This document shows positions 28,701 to 40,200 of a stretch of 64,000 nucleotides of DNA, piece after piece; the stretch's first letter is position 1, and each line of letters starts with the position of its first letter. The notes under the pieces were generated by a model. It worked only from the letters and a program-made list of their open reading frames with translations. It ran no database searches and had not been told where the DNA came from. The DNA comes from Planctomycetota bacterium (GTDB lineage: Bacteria > Planctomycetota > UBA8108 > SXIK01): assembly GCA_965223265.1 (NCBI GenBank), contig OZ244999.1, forward strand, positions 480,001 to 544,000, given 5' to 3'. Both the position numbers and the translations under genes were made by a program.

Positions 28701-31700
28701 TATCGTCCTTTTCGATAACTCCCGGGCTCTCAGTGCCAATGATCTTCACTTCTGCTGTCGCGGGAAAGAGCGCCTGCAGTGTTCCGGCTGCGGCTATACC
28801 GAGAGAGCATGCGACGCGGTAAGTGCCGAATTGATGATTGACGTTCGCGGCGAGCTCGAGCAGTAGCTCCCGTTCGCCTCGGCCATGGAGGACCAGCGTC
28901 GGTACGCCATCGCGGGTGCGCAGGCCTGCCGCAGAACCGTCGAGCTGCGCTGAAACCACTTTGAGGCCTTCGAGTGACAGTGGAAGTTCCGTCCAGCGCT
29001 CCGTCAGGACGCGCACGGGGACGCGAGCACGGATGGTCGCTTGACTGCCGCTCACCTCCATTTCATACCGCGCGCTGCCCAGAAGAAACGGAGCTGGCAG
29101 CGTCTCTGCGGTTGGCGCCGGAGGCGGGTTGGCAAGCTGCCACAACTCGCCAAAGCGTTCCTCGGGGACGTAGACTTTTGGAGTTTCGTCGCCACCAGAT
29201 CCTACTCCGTTGTCGTCACCTGTGCCGTAGGGAATGAGGACACCGTCCCACTCACGCGTCAAAGTCGTGTGGTCGGTCGCCGCGACAACTTTTTGTGTCG
29301 CCGGAGTTTCGTTGGCTGCCGCGCCCGCGGTGAGGATCACGCCGGCGATGGTCACCATCCAAAGCGACGTGGTCCCGCGCCAAGCGAAGGTCCTACGTCC
29401 TAGACGCTTTCTAACGGAACGCGACAGCGCCGCGACGGTGCGATAGACCAGCGTGCCAACTGCGAGGAACAGTAGACCTTCGCACAGAGGCACCATGAGA
29501 AGCGGCGACTTCCAGTCGAGCGCGACTGGCAGAGCGGCACACACGAACATGATGTAAGTCCACACGAAAACGCGGCTGCGCCAAGTGCGAAACCGGCGCA
29601 AGAAAAGGGCCCCGAGTGCAATCGCCAGCAAGCCAACGACACGGGCCGAAGCGCGCTCCCAGCGATACGTCCAGTATCCGAGTTCGATCCGCGGATCGCC
29701 GCCGAGCTTGTCGATTTCGATCAGACCACCCGCAGGCGTGAACGTCACAAGCGGACGCCCGCCGCTTGGTTCGCCTTGCTTCACACTTAGCCGCTGTGCG
29801 ACGCCAGAGACTTCTCCTCCTTGGCTGACTGCACCGGCCGCCTCGAACACCGCGCCATCGAGTTGTGGCACTTCGATGGATCTAAGTGTGGGCGTTTCGA
29901 ATAGAGCCCAGCGCGTCTTCCTACCGCGCAGAATTGGCACCAGGAAGCTCTCGAGAAAGTTGGTCGGTGGCGAGCGCCAGGTCGCCTGGCGCCGAACGAT
30001 CGCGTTCGTCTCGAGAGGGGTGAATCGATAGTTCCACGGGTGATAGATGCGCCACGTCGTTTTGGCGACAGGCGTATTGAGGAGGCGTGGGCCATCTTCC
30101 GCCCAGCGATGCGACCCCCAAGTCGGCGCGCCATCTTCGCCGCGCTGTCTCGCCTCACCGCCAGAAGGGCGTTCATACGTGAACAGGACGCGCGAGTACG
30201 ACCGCGAAGGCAGCGGGATCGACACGATCGTCGGGTCGGAATCTCCCGCCGGACGCACAGCTCGGATTGGCTCGCCGTTAACTGCTGCGGCCACTATGCG
30301 GGCGTCGCGCGGTAACTGCACGTCTAGATATTGCGTCTGAGGAGAGCCGAGGAGCAGCTCGGCGCGCGTCCGTGACACGCCTTCGTCGCCGATGAGTGTC
30401 GTCAGCGTCATCTCCTGCACGAGGCGCTGCAAGACGGGGGCACGTTCGTGGACGACGGTCGCGAGCGTTCCGAGATCTCCCTGCACGCGGTAGCGAAAGG
30501 CGCTCAGGAGTCGCCCGTTCTTCCACGGCTCGGCGAACTCTGGTACGTCCTCCATGGCGATGGTCTCGACACCGTCGCCCGGGGCTGCTTTAACCTCGAC
30601 GGCTCCGCGACTCTGGAGCACGACGAAGCGTTCGCGACCGAACACGTCGGAGAGCTCGATCGACGGCAGCGGCCGTGGTGCTGTGACAGTGTGTGCGACC
30701 TCGTACTCGATGCGCAGTAATCTCGTGCCGAGCCAGGGTCTCAGGAAGTGGACCGTGTAGGCTCCTTCGGCGCTCCCCGGAAGCACTTCGCGAATCTCTT
30801 CTCCGAGGATAACCGGCTCGCCGTTTGGAACAGGGAGAAACTGTAGTTCGAGCGTTTCAATGGGGCGATCGACAACTGCGAGACGCACGTCGCCGCGGAG
30901 GCGGAGTGTGGACTCGAGTGCCAGGACATGGGTGACCGCTTGGTATTCGCCGCGTGTGGGTCGGCGAATGAGGCGCACCGTCGCACCTGGCTGTGCCACT
31001 TCTGTCGTCAACGTTGCGACCAAGTCGCGTTCGTGGAGGAAACCGTCAGGGAAGTGGCGGCGATCGAGACCGACTTGTTCGAGCTCGCGCTGCGTCAGGG
31101 AGCGCCAGCCGGGAAGGTCCGCAGTGAGCGTATCGAGTGATGACGGCAGAACCATCCCGAGATCGGTTTGCTGGCGTGCAGCATCACGTAGCCCTGGCAG
31201 TGTGAATGCCAAGTCACGTTCTTCCCACGGCGCGTCGGTGGCGAATGTACGGTGTTCGAGCTGTACACGAAACTCGGCCGAACTGTCGCGCATCAAACCT
31301 TGCTGCAACCGAACGACAACAGCTCTCGCGTCTCCTTCGCCAATTTCCTCGTATTCCACTGCACCTGGAAAGTCCGCCCCAGTCGCGTCCTGGGCGCGGA
31401 TGCCGTGGGCATCACGTATGGCAGCGGCGGCGCCACTGTTCGGCAACGCATTGACGATTGGTGCGAAGTCTTTGAGAACCCAGGGCTCCGGCAAGTTGAG
31501 GGTGAAGGTGAACAGCTTGCCGCGGCGCACGCCGACGCGCAGGACACCGTCGAGTCGCGCGGTTTCTTCTGACACTTGTAGCAAGTACGTTGCGTGGAAC
31601 TCGCTGCGCGGCGCGAGCTCAGCGTCGCGTACGCTCAGGCGCGCCGCGGGTGAGGCGAAGGAGAAGAGGTGGCGCGGCACCGCGTCGATGGCACTCGATG

Positions 31701-33105
31701 AGAGCGGCACGGCCTCATGACGAAGTGACGGCACAGATTCGGCATTGGCTGACAGTTCGAGCATCTGTGACACACCCTCGACCGTCGTTTCGTGGCCGAG
31801 TTGTGAGAACACGGCGACGTAACCGAAGTTGCTCATGGCATTCTCAAGTGCCGGCGGGGCTACGTCGAAGACCTCGCTGCTAGGGTTCAGAGCGGCCGTG
31901 ACCATGACGTCGACCCCACCGAGCCGCGGCTCCTTGAGTGTCAGGTGAAGGTGGGAGTCGGCGGTGCGCCACGAGTCGATCAGTGGCCCGGCGACATCGA
32001 GTACTGTCGCCGTCGGTGGTGTTCTCAAGACGAGCTCGCCAACTTCGTGGCGGGCGATGGTGATGTGCGAACGCCAAACGCAATACGGGTTGCCTGATTG
32101 GGCGAGTAAGCTGAATCGATGCGCCGCGGTCAGCAGCGGTTCGCTCTTCCCGCCTCCATGACGTCGCTGCCAAGTCAGGTGGAGCGTGTCGCGTTTGCCG
32201 AGGGCGATCGTCCACGACGTGCTCTCCTCGGTGGACTGCGTCTGATAGGGACCACACGCACTCGTGATCGTTGCCCGCCCCGGAACCTCGAGCCGGAGAT
32301 GTGACGCCGCGGCGTGGACAAGTGGACCAGAGACGCTCCAGCGGTCTTCCATCTCCCGCGCCGCGAGTGAATAGCGAAGTTCGACGCTGTGTTCACCCTT
32401 GCCGCGGAGGAGTAGGTACGTCTGCGGTGCGAGCGCCGTCTGAGGAACCGCGATGATCCTCCGCGCCGCCTCTTTCGCATCAGGGGCGGAGCCATTCGAG
32501 TGGTTTGATCGAGAAGGTGCGGCGTCGATGACGATCCAGCCTGCACGCCCGTCCACACGTACTGTTCCGAGATCCGGGAAGATGCCACCGAGAGGGCAGC
32601 GGACCCAGCCGTCGGTGGTAACCTGGACTTTGACGTGCGCCGTGAGTCGCAGGGTCTGTCCGATCACTTGTCCGTCGTACGATGCGCTCGTGACGACGGC
32701 GCGAACCGGCGGAAGTTCTGTTGGTTGATCGATCTGCCGGCTTTTCAGCGCCCGCGCCAACAAGGCGCGGTACGCCGGGAGCTCCATGATGACGCCGTCG
32801 GGGTGCGCGCCGACGTAGCGATGAAACTCATCGTATGGGACGTAGATTTCGCGTACGAGGTCAGACGGAGACTGCGCGGGGGCGTCAGCCGTCGCCCCGG
32901 GATCCGACGACCGCGATGAAACCGCTTCCTGAGCGTACACGAGTGGTGATGTCAGAAGCAGCGCCAGACCGAAAGCCCGAACGACGGGGAAGCGCCACAT
33001 CGAAGGCGACTCCCGCGCAGGCACCTCGATCGCCTCGGCGACCGAGTGCACGCTTGGGTGCGAACACCGCATGCCAGTAGTTCGACGAAAAGAATGGCCG
33101 TACAC
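25774..33105 (-). CDS. Giant hypothetical secreted/membrane protein (2443 aa)
   Basis: 7.3-kb ORF; GGAGG before GTG; signal-like segment, central TM cluster and C-terminal TM helix. Confidence 0.88.
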   Translation of the reverse strand: MYGHSFRRTTGMRCSHPSVHSVAEAIEVPARESPSMWRFPVVRAFGLALLLTSPLVYAQEAVSSRSSDPGATADAPAQSPSDLVREIYVPYDEFHRYVGAHPDGVIMELPAYRALLARALKSRQIDQPTELPPVRAVVTSASYDGQVIGQTLRLTAHVKVQVTTDGWVRCPLGGIFPDLGTVRVDGRAGWIVIDAAPSRSNHSNGSAPDAKEAARRIIAVPQTALAPQTYLLLRGKGEHSVELRYSLAAREMEDRWSVSGPLVHAAASHLRLEVPGRATITSACGPYQTQSTEESTSWTIALGKRDTLHLTWQRRHGGGKSEPLLTAAHRFSLLAQSGNPYCVWRSHITIARHEVGELVLRTPPTATVLDVAGPLIDSWRTADSHLHLTLKEPRLGGVDVMVTAALNPSSEVFDVAPPALENAMSNFGYVAVFSQLGHETTVEGVSQMLELSANAESVPSLRHEAVPLSSSAIDAVPRHLFSFASPAARLSVRDAELAPRSEFHATYLLQVSEETARLDGVLRVGVRRGKLFTFTLNLPEPWVLKDFAPIVNALPNSGAAAAIRDAHGIRAQDATGADFPGAVEYEEIGEGDARAVVVRLQQGLMRDSSAEFRVQLEHRTFATDAPWEERDLAFTLPGLRDAARQQTDLGMVLPSSLDTLTADLPGWRSLTQRELEQVGLDRRHFPDGFLHERDLVATLTTEVAQPGATVRLIRRPTRGEYQAVTHVLALESTLRLRGDVRLAVVDRPIETLELQFLPVPNGEPVILGEEIREVLPGSAEGAYTVHFLRPWLGTRLLRIEYEVAHTVTAPRPLPSIELSDVFGRERFVVLQSRGAVEVKAAPGDGVETIAMEDVPEFAEPWKNGRLLSAFRYRVQGDLGTLATVVHERAPVLQRLVQEMTLTTLIGDEGVSRTRAELLLGSPQTQYLDVQLPRDARIVAAAVNGEPIRAVRPAGDSDPTIVSIPLPSRSYSRVLFTYERPSGGEARQRGEDGAPTWGSHRWAEDGPRLLNTPVAKTTWRIYHPWNYRFTPLETNAIVRRQATWRSPPTNFLESFLVPILRGRKTRWALFETPTLRSIEVPQLDGAVFEAAGAVSQGGEVSGVAQRLSVKQGEPSGGRPLVTFTPAGGLIEIDKLGGDPRIELGYWTYRWERASARVVGLLAIALGALFLRRFRTWRSRVFVWTYIMFVCAALPVALDWKSPLLMVPLCEGLLFLAVGTLVYRTVAALSRSVRKRLGRRTFAWRGTTSLWMVTIAGVILTAGAAANETPATQKVVAATDHTTLTREWDGVLIPYGTGDDNGVGSGGDETPKVYVPEERFGELWQLANPPPAPTAETLPAPFLLGSARYEMEVSGSQATIRARVPVRVLTERWTELPLSLEGLKVVSAQLDGSAAGLRTRDGVPTLVLHGRGERELLLELAANVNHQFGTYRVACSLGIAAAGTLQALFPATAEVKIIGTESPGVIEKDDTATRLVADVGAANRLTIEWSFPRQERDLGAHWEDQSYTLLELHTAGVIVRRLDAVRATGRHIDTLRFRVHGDWNITGVDAPRLSEWNVVALAEADTEDSEPGARDAARVLELFFSEPFDQATVAITGLASSSDRFDLPTLELIDAARQETYVGLRHSPAERFDGDSLANVQRVSQAEVVRLFPQARSAAPDRLHHIHGHGGGEILGVGPITIDAAIETNVVSILHPERLAFVAKSRYTQSRPGALRHVIDLPAGWWVHTVESENMRFWEVVSTAAGERVIVHFSGRSEIGTEVTWAAELRLDNVADDLTLPNVRAISPDGARVNETIEWTLAANDALDLTPVVTERWESIKVERAPSWLHLGSGESVRFGYRARRPTNPLVVAARRRPSRLAATTVSFARIADDYLYYNTRIAYQIRFAPRDRFRLQLPQGAQLLSVDTDNQRTRHIRGTEVEVVLQSPRTGTQTVDVAFRVPRTAGEAPTFAPLALYDAGEVLDAVDAYLGVLQTPAVLLAESDRRGLSPASADDFPFVPEGVARKNLKPAYRATALDWRLTLETQEIEQASGLVALVKLAELSTIIGSDGTTRTEVVFTLHNRSLQFLVVELPPGAELWGVTLDGRAVSVGQSAAPQSGGGRTIEIPIEYVGAAHLDLQVALRYEEPKLDLAEFRGVTQLIAPKVKGVKVIETLWKIEFPSGVVARHRGGNVREVSASVQYAKKVENLLEQQEKITKVALESDSKRLRQQALGELSRLERELGDNLAELQSNYGLEANLRAPEADGETKFRQQRLSQGRLIEDAQRAQKDLRTLNNQADQVDDSADRSQVEQSFEDTTNFLKRRYWRETKGARKTSRNDQQRPAAQRSYRDFTEGSRFYGLRRLSVDALVSSNVSKAAESELKARGGLPGLDAAAGLGSLPGLEVKPESGGGLMLTFHRSGGDAELEIVQRREGSTARLAALVAVPLSFVLLIGIYLRRGKRV

Positions 33106-33107
33106 GA

Positions 33108-36100
33108 TTAGACCTCCCTCTCTGGAGCGTCGTCGTGACCGTCCTCCTTTTTGCGTCGGCGCCGCTTTTTCGGTGCAGAATCGGTCGTCGCGTCCTCGCT
33201 GTTCGCTTCGCCTGCGTCCGTCTCTGTGGCATTCGCCTCTGGTGACTCGGTCGCGTCCGCAGCCTCCTCTTTCTCACCACTAGTCGGCTGCGCTGGGGGT
33301 GGAAGCGTTGTCTCTGTTGTTGTTGACTCCGGCGATGAGCTCTCAGTCGTTGACTGGTCTCCGTCGCTTTCGTCGATCGCGCTCCCTGCCGCCTTGTCCT
33401 CCTGCCCGGCAACGATCTGGCGGAACGACTTGTCATCGAGCTGCTCTGGCTCGAGGACGACTGCGTCGACGGTTTCGCCTTCGAGGAAAGGATCCGGCGT
33501 CATCGGACCGTTGGTAGCAAACCACTCTTTGGTGGCCGCGATCGCGTGAAGCGTACCAAAGTAGACCGCTAGAAGCGCACCGCCAGCGAACACCGACGTG
33601 TACACCTCAGTGACGGCGCTATGGGCGAACCAGCTCAGCACGAGTGGGGCGATGATGAGCGCGGCGGTGACCTTGAGCTTCGACCACTTGAGGCGCTTGA
33701 TCATGAAGTAGCCGCCAGCCAGCGCGATAGCGAGTGCCGCGAGGTCGACGAATGTGAAGAGGTCCCTGCCCACATAGGTGAAGTTGAGCGCCGCGACAGG
33801 AGCCAGCGTCTCGAGTCGCACTGGTTTTAGGTTGCGCGTTGGCAGGTTGACAGAGATCGATTCGGACGGCGCCGCGGCGCGTCGTTGGCGCTTTTGGGCC
33901 ACTGCCGGCTTGCCGACCACGCCGTCAGTGTCCACGACACTTGAAAGCAGGCGCTTGAACCGTGGCCACAAACCCGTTGGTGTTTCATGTGCGACATTGC
34001 CGCTCCACCACAGGTAGGCGTAGTCGGGAGGCAGGTAGAGATCGAGCTCGACTTTGGCAACCGGAACGTCACCCTGCACCTCCAACGTGCGAACGCCGAG
34101 CTTGCCGATGGATCCGAGAGCCTTCTGGCCGAGTTGCTCTTCATAGACGATGACCACAGGAAACGCTTGCGCGTTGCCAGCTGATTGTGGGATCGGGATC
34201 AGCCGCACGTTCGAGTCGCGTCGTTTTTTGTTCGGTGCTTGCGGCTTGCCTGCGACCGTCAAGGAGAAGATCTCCGCTTGATCGCCGAGCTCGACCTCGA
34301 GATATTGACGATCGGTGTTCTGGACTATGAGCGTTGCTTCGCTTTTGAGCTTGTTTTCTTCGCTGAGGACGCTCTTGACGTAGAGCAGGTTGACGACCGC
34401 CGTCGCCAGAGATTCATACTGATAGTGAGTCAGCTTGAGTGTCAGCGTCGGGCTCGCGCTGAAGTAGCGGAAGGCACTGTAGATGGCGCCGCGGCGTAAC
34501 TTGTCGGGGAGATCGCTCGGGTCGACCGATTCCATGTTTTCAGGCTGCGGCACGATCTCGAGTGTGCCTTTTTTCTGCACCGCGACGAAGCCGCGCTCGG
34601 TACGCACGCCCTCGGGCCTGAGCATTGGCACGGCATAGTCGAGCGCCTGGCCCGAGGTCAGGCCCTTGAGGTCCATCTCGTGCGTCAGCGTTAGCGTGAC
34701 GGAACCGATGACGGGAGTTTGAAAGGTCAACTCCCAGAGCGTCGAACCGTTCTCTGCGCCAAGCGAGCGGATCTCTTTCTTGTTTTCAACTTCGACCTTT
34801 TCAGGAACGTTCGCGATGCTCTCCGGGGTGCGGAACTGCAGACGATCGACCGCGGCATAAAGGATGTTGTAGTCGAGCATATGCGCGACCTTGATGTTGC
34901 CGTCGGCGACCTCGATCAGGTGCTGCGCGAGGACGTCGACTTCCGTGTTCTTCGCCTCCAGGCGCAGTCGCACTGATGCCGGCTGCGCGCGGAAACGGTA
35001 GGCGCGCGGAATGGAGTTTTCCGAGCCGACCTGACTCATGATCCCGGAACGGAAGAGCTCGTCGATGTCAGCGTCGATCAACGCCTCGCGCTCAAGGGTG
35101 ACAACGTCGTAGGCGCGGGGTGTGCTGACGCCAAAGAGGCCGCGGCTCTGTTCGACGCCGACAACCTCGAGGACCGAGAACGAGCGCTCGCCCGCGTCTC
35201 GGATCGTCCCGTCAGCGCTGAAACGAAACGGCAAGCGAAGTTTGTTCATCGCTTTCGACTTGAGGCTGACGGTGACGATCCGCTGGCCGTTGGCCGGATC
35301 GCCGAGTTGAAAGTCTTCGACGTTACCTCCGGCGTCCATGCTGGTGACAGACCAGCGTTCTGGAATGCGGAGCTGCAGTCGAAAGACGCCGGCCTTGGAG
35401 ATGTCAAAGTCGACCCAGCCGACCCACGAGTCTTCTTCTTGTCCGAGCGTCAAGACCGACACGCTGTGGGCGCGAATCACGGGCAGGATCTTTTCGACTT
35501 GGAGCTGCAGATGCACGGGGTGGGCGACGAACTGGAAGCCGATTCCCAGCTGCGCGCGCAGCTCGTCTGGGACTTCGTCCGGGTCGAGCTGGCTGAGACC
35601 GGTTGCCGTCGCCACACGGATGTGCAGGCCGCTTTCGTGACCGACGACCACGTAGCCGGATTCGCGGAGGACGCCTTCGGCACGTGCAAACGGCACACTC
35701 AAGCTTTCAGGGGTCGCCGCGAGAATGCGTTCGAAGCGAAGGTTAAGCTCGTAGGCGTGTTTGACCGGCGCGTGGAGCTGGACGACGAGGACGTTCTCCT
35801 CCTGCGTCCACTCGCGGATGCTTTTGCCACGCACTGCGATTAGGCGCATGTCCTCTGGAAGCTGCACGCGGAACGTGTCTTGCTCGCCGCGCAAGATGCG
35901 AAAGCGTAGACGCGTTGTGCTCTTCAGCACACGCTCACCGAGATAAGTGTGCACCGCTTGCTCGGCCGTCAGCACGGAGCCGCCGTCAGCGGCGCGCCCT
36001 GCGGGCGGCAGCCAGCTCAGTGACAGCTTCGACGCGTTACCGAGAAAAGCGACGACTTGTGTCGCGTCGCCGGATGGTTCAACGTTGAGGACGGCCGACT

Positions 36101-37091
36101 TGGGCTCGACCTGGACGCGAACGTCTTTTTCCGGGACGCTCAGCTCGAGCCTTGAAAGCGCCGTTGCTGGAATGTCAAAGCTGAGAGTTTTCTTGCCGGG
36201 TTGGCTTTGAACGTGAACCGACAAACGCAGCGATACCTCATAGTGGCCGCGCCTCGGAAGGAAGACCGAGTAGCCTGCAGTGTCCGCCACGAGGAGCGCG
36301 CCTTCGTGTTCGATGGACTCGACTGCGACGCCGTCGAGCGGCAGAGCCAACTTTGTCCAGCCTTCTTTTAAGGCCTCGATATGATAGGTGACTTGAAAGC
36401 GAGCGGCGTCGCCTTCGACGCTGCCGGCGTACGAGGCGGATCGCACGACGGCGTCTGCCGGCGGCTCGTCGGGTTCAGGCTGCGGCGGCTTCGGGAGCGA
36501 CTTCCGCCAAATCTCGAGGAACTCTTTGTAGGGGAGGAAGATGCCGCGATCCTCCGACTCGAAAACATCCTCGAGTTTCTCGTAAGGGACGTAGACAGTG
36601 CGCTCACGGACGACGGTGCGGATGTCCTTGCCGCCGTCATCGGCGTTTGCAGTGGGCGGCGCGGCGCCCTTCGCTGGTGAGGGGCGTGACGGAGTCGCCG
36701 CGGCGACCGGGCCGACGGCCGCGTTCGCCGCAACCGCCCGTGGCGCGTTCAAGCCGCGAGCCAGGCGCGCGTCGCCGGCGAGGACGGCTGGAGGTGGCGC
36801 TGGCGTCGGAGCCGTCGCAGCTGAATCCCTGCTGTGGGGTGTGCTCGACGCGTCGGTGCCGCTGGTCGCGTCGGTCGCGTCGGTCGCGTCGGTCGCGGGC
36901 GGCGCGGCATCGCTTGCGGATGGATTGTCGGCGATGCCAGAGGCATCGCTGGCGACGTTCGACGTCCCGCCGCTGGCCGCAGTTTCCTGCGCCGCGACAA
37001 GCAGTACCGCGCCGGTTGACGCGAGGCAAACGAGGCACCACGTCAACAGACGCTGCCGGAAAGAGTGTGAGAGTGTGATCGGATGGCGCAT
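33108..37091 (-). CDS. Large hypothetical secreted/membrane protein (~1327 aa), paralog of the downstream gene
   Basis: GAGGAG RBS before ATG 37091; signal peptide; YVPY motif; C-terminal TM helices. Confidence 0.88.
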   Translation of the reverse strand: MRHPITLSHSFRQRLLTWCLVCLASTGAVLLVAAQETAASGGTSNVASDASGIADNPSASDAAPPATDATDATDATSGTDASSTPHSRDSAATAPTPAPPPAVLAGDARLARGLNAPRAVAANAAVGPVAAATPSRPSPAKGAAPPTANADDGGKDIRTVVRERTVYVPYEKLEDVFESEDRGIFLPYKEFLEIWRKSLPKPPQPEPDEPPADAVVRSASYAGSVEGDAARFQVTYHIEALKEGWTKLALPLDGVAVESIEHEGALLVADTAGYSVFLPRRGHYEVSLRLSVHVQSQPGKKTLSFDIPATALSRLELSVPEKDVRVQVEPKSAVLNVEPSGDATQVVAFLGNASKLSLSWLPPAGRAADGGSVLTAEQAVHTYLGERVLKSTTRLRFRILRGEQDTFRVQLPEDMRLIAVRGKSIREWTQEENVLVVQLHAPVKHAYELNLRFERILAATPESLSVPFARAEGVLRESGYVVVGHESGLHIRVATATGLSQLDPDEVPDELRAQLGIGFQFVAHPVHLQLQVEKILPVIRAHSVSVLTLGQEEDSWVGWVDFDISKAGVFRLQLRIPERWSVTSMDAGGNVEDFQLGDPANGQRIVTVSLKSKAMNKLRLPFRFSADGTIRDAGERSFSVLEVVGVEQSRGLFGVSTPRAYDVVTLEREALIDADIDELFRSGIMSQVGSENSIPRAYRFRAQPASVRLRLEAKNTEVDVLAQHLIEVADGNIKVAHMLDYNILYAAVDRLQFRTPESIANVPEKVEVENKKEIRSLGAENGSTLWELTFQTPVIGSVTLTLTHEMDLKGLTSGQALDYAVPMLRPEGVRTERGFVAVQKKGTLEIVPQPENMESVDPSDLPDKLRRGAIYSAFRYFSASPTLTLKLTHYQYESLATAVVNLLYVKSVLSEENKLKSEATLIVQNTDRQYLEVELGDQAEIFSLTVAGKPQAPNKKRRDSNVRLIPIPQSAGNAQAFPVVIVYEEQLGQKALGSIGKLGVRTLEVQGDVPVAKVELDLYLPPDYAYLWWSGNVAHETPTGLWPRFKRLLSSVVDTDGVVGKPAVAQKRQRRAAAPSESISVNLPTRNLKPVRLETLAPVAALNFTYVGRDLFTFVDLAALAIALAGGYFMIKRLKWSKLKVTAALIIAPLVLSWFAHSAVTEVYTSVFAGGALLAVYFGTLHAIAATKEWFATNGPMTPDPFLEGETVDAVVLEPEQLDDKSFRQIVAGQEDKAAGSAIDESDGDQSTTESSSPESTTTETTLPPPAQPTSGEKEEAADATESPEANATETDAGEANSEDATTDSAPKKRRRRKKEDGHDDAPEREV

Positions 37092-37233
37092 GGATGTCTC
37101 CTCAGCGCGGTAGCACGGTGAAGGTTTCAGGTGGCGGCTGCCATGAAGGTAACAACCGCACGCGGAATGATGTCGGAGGGAGGGAACGTGGCGGATCGTC
37201 GCGGGCGCGCCCCGCCGACGGTCGCCTGAGTGT

Positions 37234-40200
37234 CTACTCGCTCGTGCGAGCGATCTTGTCGATGACGAGCTGCTGCGCGCGCGTCGCTGTGCGCGTGATC
37301 TCCTGCCACGCAGCTCGCTGGCGGTAGGGTGCTTCGATACCATAGAGAACGTCGAGCACCTTGCCGAACGAGCCGTCACGCGCCCAGTAACTCTGGCGCA
37401 GGAGCTCAGCGGTTTCGGCGACGCAAGCGATCAAGCGAAAGCTCGCACTCGTACTCTTGAGATCGGTTTTGAGCACACTCGGCGGAAGCGGAAAATCGAG
37501 TTCATCGACGCGCCGGGTACCGGTGTCGCGGTAGCGGATAAAGATGCGCCCGAGCGCGCCGTGGGCGCCGGTGCGGCGTTCGATTTCATAGAGGACGGTC
37601 ACCGTCGTGCCGGGGCCGATTTCTGCGGCGTCGATCTTGTCGTTGCGGAAGTCGCGGTCGGCGATGTCGCGGTTCTCATAACCGAGGAGCCGATAGTGAC
37701 CGACGACCTCCGGGTTGAACTCGACTTGGATTTTGGCATCTTCGGCGAGGACGTGGAGCTGCGCCGGTAGGTTTTTTCGGAAGATCGTTTTCGCCTCGTC
37801 GAGATTGGCGACGAAGCTGTAGTTGCCCGCGCCGTCGCGCGCAATGCGCTCGAGGAGCGCGTCGTTGTAGCGCTGCTTTCCGAGGCCGACGACAGAGAGG
37901 TAAATGCCGCGGCGCGCGTACACTTTGACCTTCTCGAGCATCGCCTCGGGTTCGCGGCTACCGACGTTGGCGACGCCGTCCGAGCAGAGAACGACGCGGT
38001 TGAGTGCCTTGGCGTCGAGAGCTTCATCGGCAATGCGGTAGGCGAGTTCGAGACCCGCTTCGACGTTGGTGCCGCCGCCGGCGGCGAGACCATCCAGCGC
38101 CCCGACGATCCTCTCCTTCTCACGGGCGGGTGTGTGCGGCAGGACGACGTAGGCACGCGTGTTGTACGCGACAAGCCCGACGCGATCTTCCGTCTCCAGC
38201 GCCTGGACGAGTGAGCCGAGGGCGCTCCGCATGAGATCGAGGCCGCCGCCCGCGTGCATCGAACCCGATGTGTCGATCACGAACGTCAGGACGACGCGCT
38301 TGCGCTCGCCGGGGTGGAGTTCGCGCGCTTTGATGGTGACGCGTACGAGGTCAAGGCCCGCGCCGAAGGGGGAGGGGGCGCCTTCGGTGAAGACGCTGAA
38401 GGGGCGGGTCGGATCGGTTGTCGTCAGATCGCTTGGGAAGTGATTGACGAACTCTTCGACGCGCACGCTTTCGGGCTGCGGCAGTTGACCACGAAGAAGA
38501 ACGTCGCGCGAGCGCGTGTACGACGCCGTGTCGACATCCATCGAGAACGTCGAGAAGCGGTCGCGACGCGTGTCGACGAACGGGTTGACGCCGTAGCGCT
38601 CGCGGAAGCCGTCGCGGCCGAGGCCTTCGTCGCCCACGGCCGGTGGCGGCACCGTGAGAGCCTGCGCTTCCTGCGCCTCGAACGTCAGCTGGTCGTCGAA
38701 GCGGCGGTAGTGACTGTAGGCGCGCAGCTGCGTCTCGACCTCACCGAGCTGACGCTGCGAGGTGGCGTAGTTGTCGGCGAGCTGAGCGAGGGCGAGATCT
38801 GTCTTCGCTGTGACTTCTTCTTCCTGTCTCGTCAGGCGCTGTCCGAGGATTTGCTTCGCAGCGTCGACCTGGGAGCTCTCGGCGGTACCGGACGAGAAGA
38901 GGTTCCCGGAACGCTCGGGTTCACTCAGCGCGCCGTTGAGCAGAAGAAGCTGGCGACTGTTGACTTGGCGCGACGCGTCGGCAAGCTCTTCGGCGCGCGA
39001 GCGCTGCGCCGGCGCCGGAGCGTCACGCGTCGCTTCGTTTTTGACGCCGCGCTTGGCTTTGCCGCGTTGACCCTTGTTGGCGTAGTCGCCGAAGCTGTAG
39101 TCCCGTCTCGGGGTCGCGGCGATCTCTTTGGCGAGCGACGCGCCCTCGCCGCGGGCGGCGGCGATGTCTTCTTCGATTTGCCCGAAATCTTTGAGCTCGC
39201 TGAACCGACCCGTGTCGCCAGACTGGCCCGCAGCGCGGCTTTCACTCAGCGTCTCCAGGGTCGATGCGAGCTCGGCGTGCTCGCCGGCCTGACTCTTGCG
39301 GGCGTTGGGGTCGCGGAGCTGCAGCTCACGGCCGGCGAATTCGCGGGTCTTTTCGTCTTCGGGCTGCGCACTCGGCGCCGGTGACCTGGCCGGCTCGGAC
39401 GCGGAGCGGTCGAAGCGCTCGCGTTGGGTTCCGAGTTGCGCTCCCAGGACGTCAGGCGCGTCTTTCTCTCCGTTCACACTCTCATCGAAGAGGCCGGACG
39501 TGTTGAAGTCGCTGAGCTCCTCGCTCGTCGGCATGTCCACGTCACCGTCATTGTCGGCGCCAAATGAAAACCCACCCAAGCGAAACGGCGACCGGGCGTC
39601 GGCGCCGTAGTCGCCGCGCCCATCGACCGCGAGGTCTTCACCCTCTTCTTGTGCCGCCGCGTGTTGTTTGGGAGACGATTCGCTCAGCGCGATGTTGTCG
39701 CGGTTGCTGTTGACTTCGTTGTCGTCATATCCGTCGGACGAGAACTGGATCGACTCCGCCGTGCGTTTTTTCTCGTTTTGTTCTTTCGCACGGGGTTGCC
39801 CGTAGAGAGCTTTCCCACCACCCGTTCCGCTTCCGGGACCGACATTGGTCGTTGCGATCCGGCGGCCGTCTCGAGCGATCCTATAGACGCGCATCTCTTC
39901 GCTCTTCTTCGCGGGCCCGCTGTCATGGCCGCCACCGCCTCCCGGAACTCCCCAAAACTCAGTGAAATCTTGCTTCGCGGGGGCGTTCGTGCTCGATGGC
40001 CCTGGATCGTCCACTCCCACAGTCGCATCGCCGTTCTGATCCATGTCCAACTTCTGCTGCCCGAAGACTTCGACGACCTCTTGGGGCGACGAGCGCGGGA
40101 TGGCGTCAGACCCATCTCTCTCGCGTGTGCTTGGAATGGCGTAGTTCCTGGGTAGCGCACGGCTGGTGCCCGTCAACTCGTCGAGCGCAGCGGGTGGCGC

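Noticed and set aside
36860-36900. GTCGCGTCG tandem repeat (and GCCGTC run near 22445)
   Set aside because: In-frame low-complexity linkers (TDA-TDA, TATATA) within genes.
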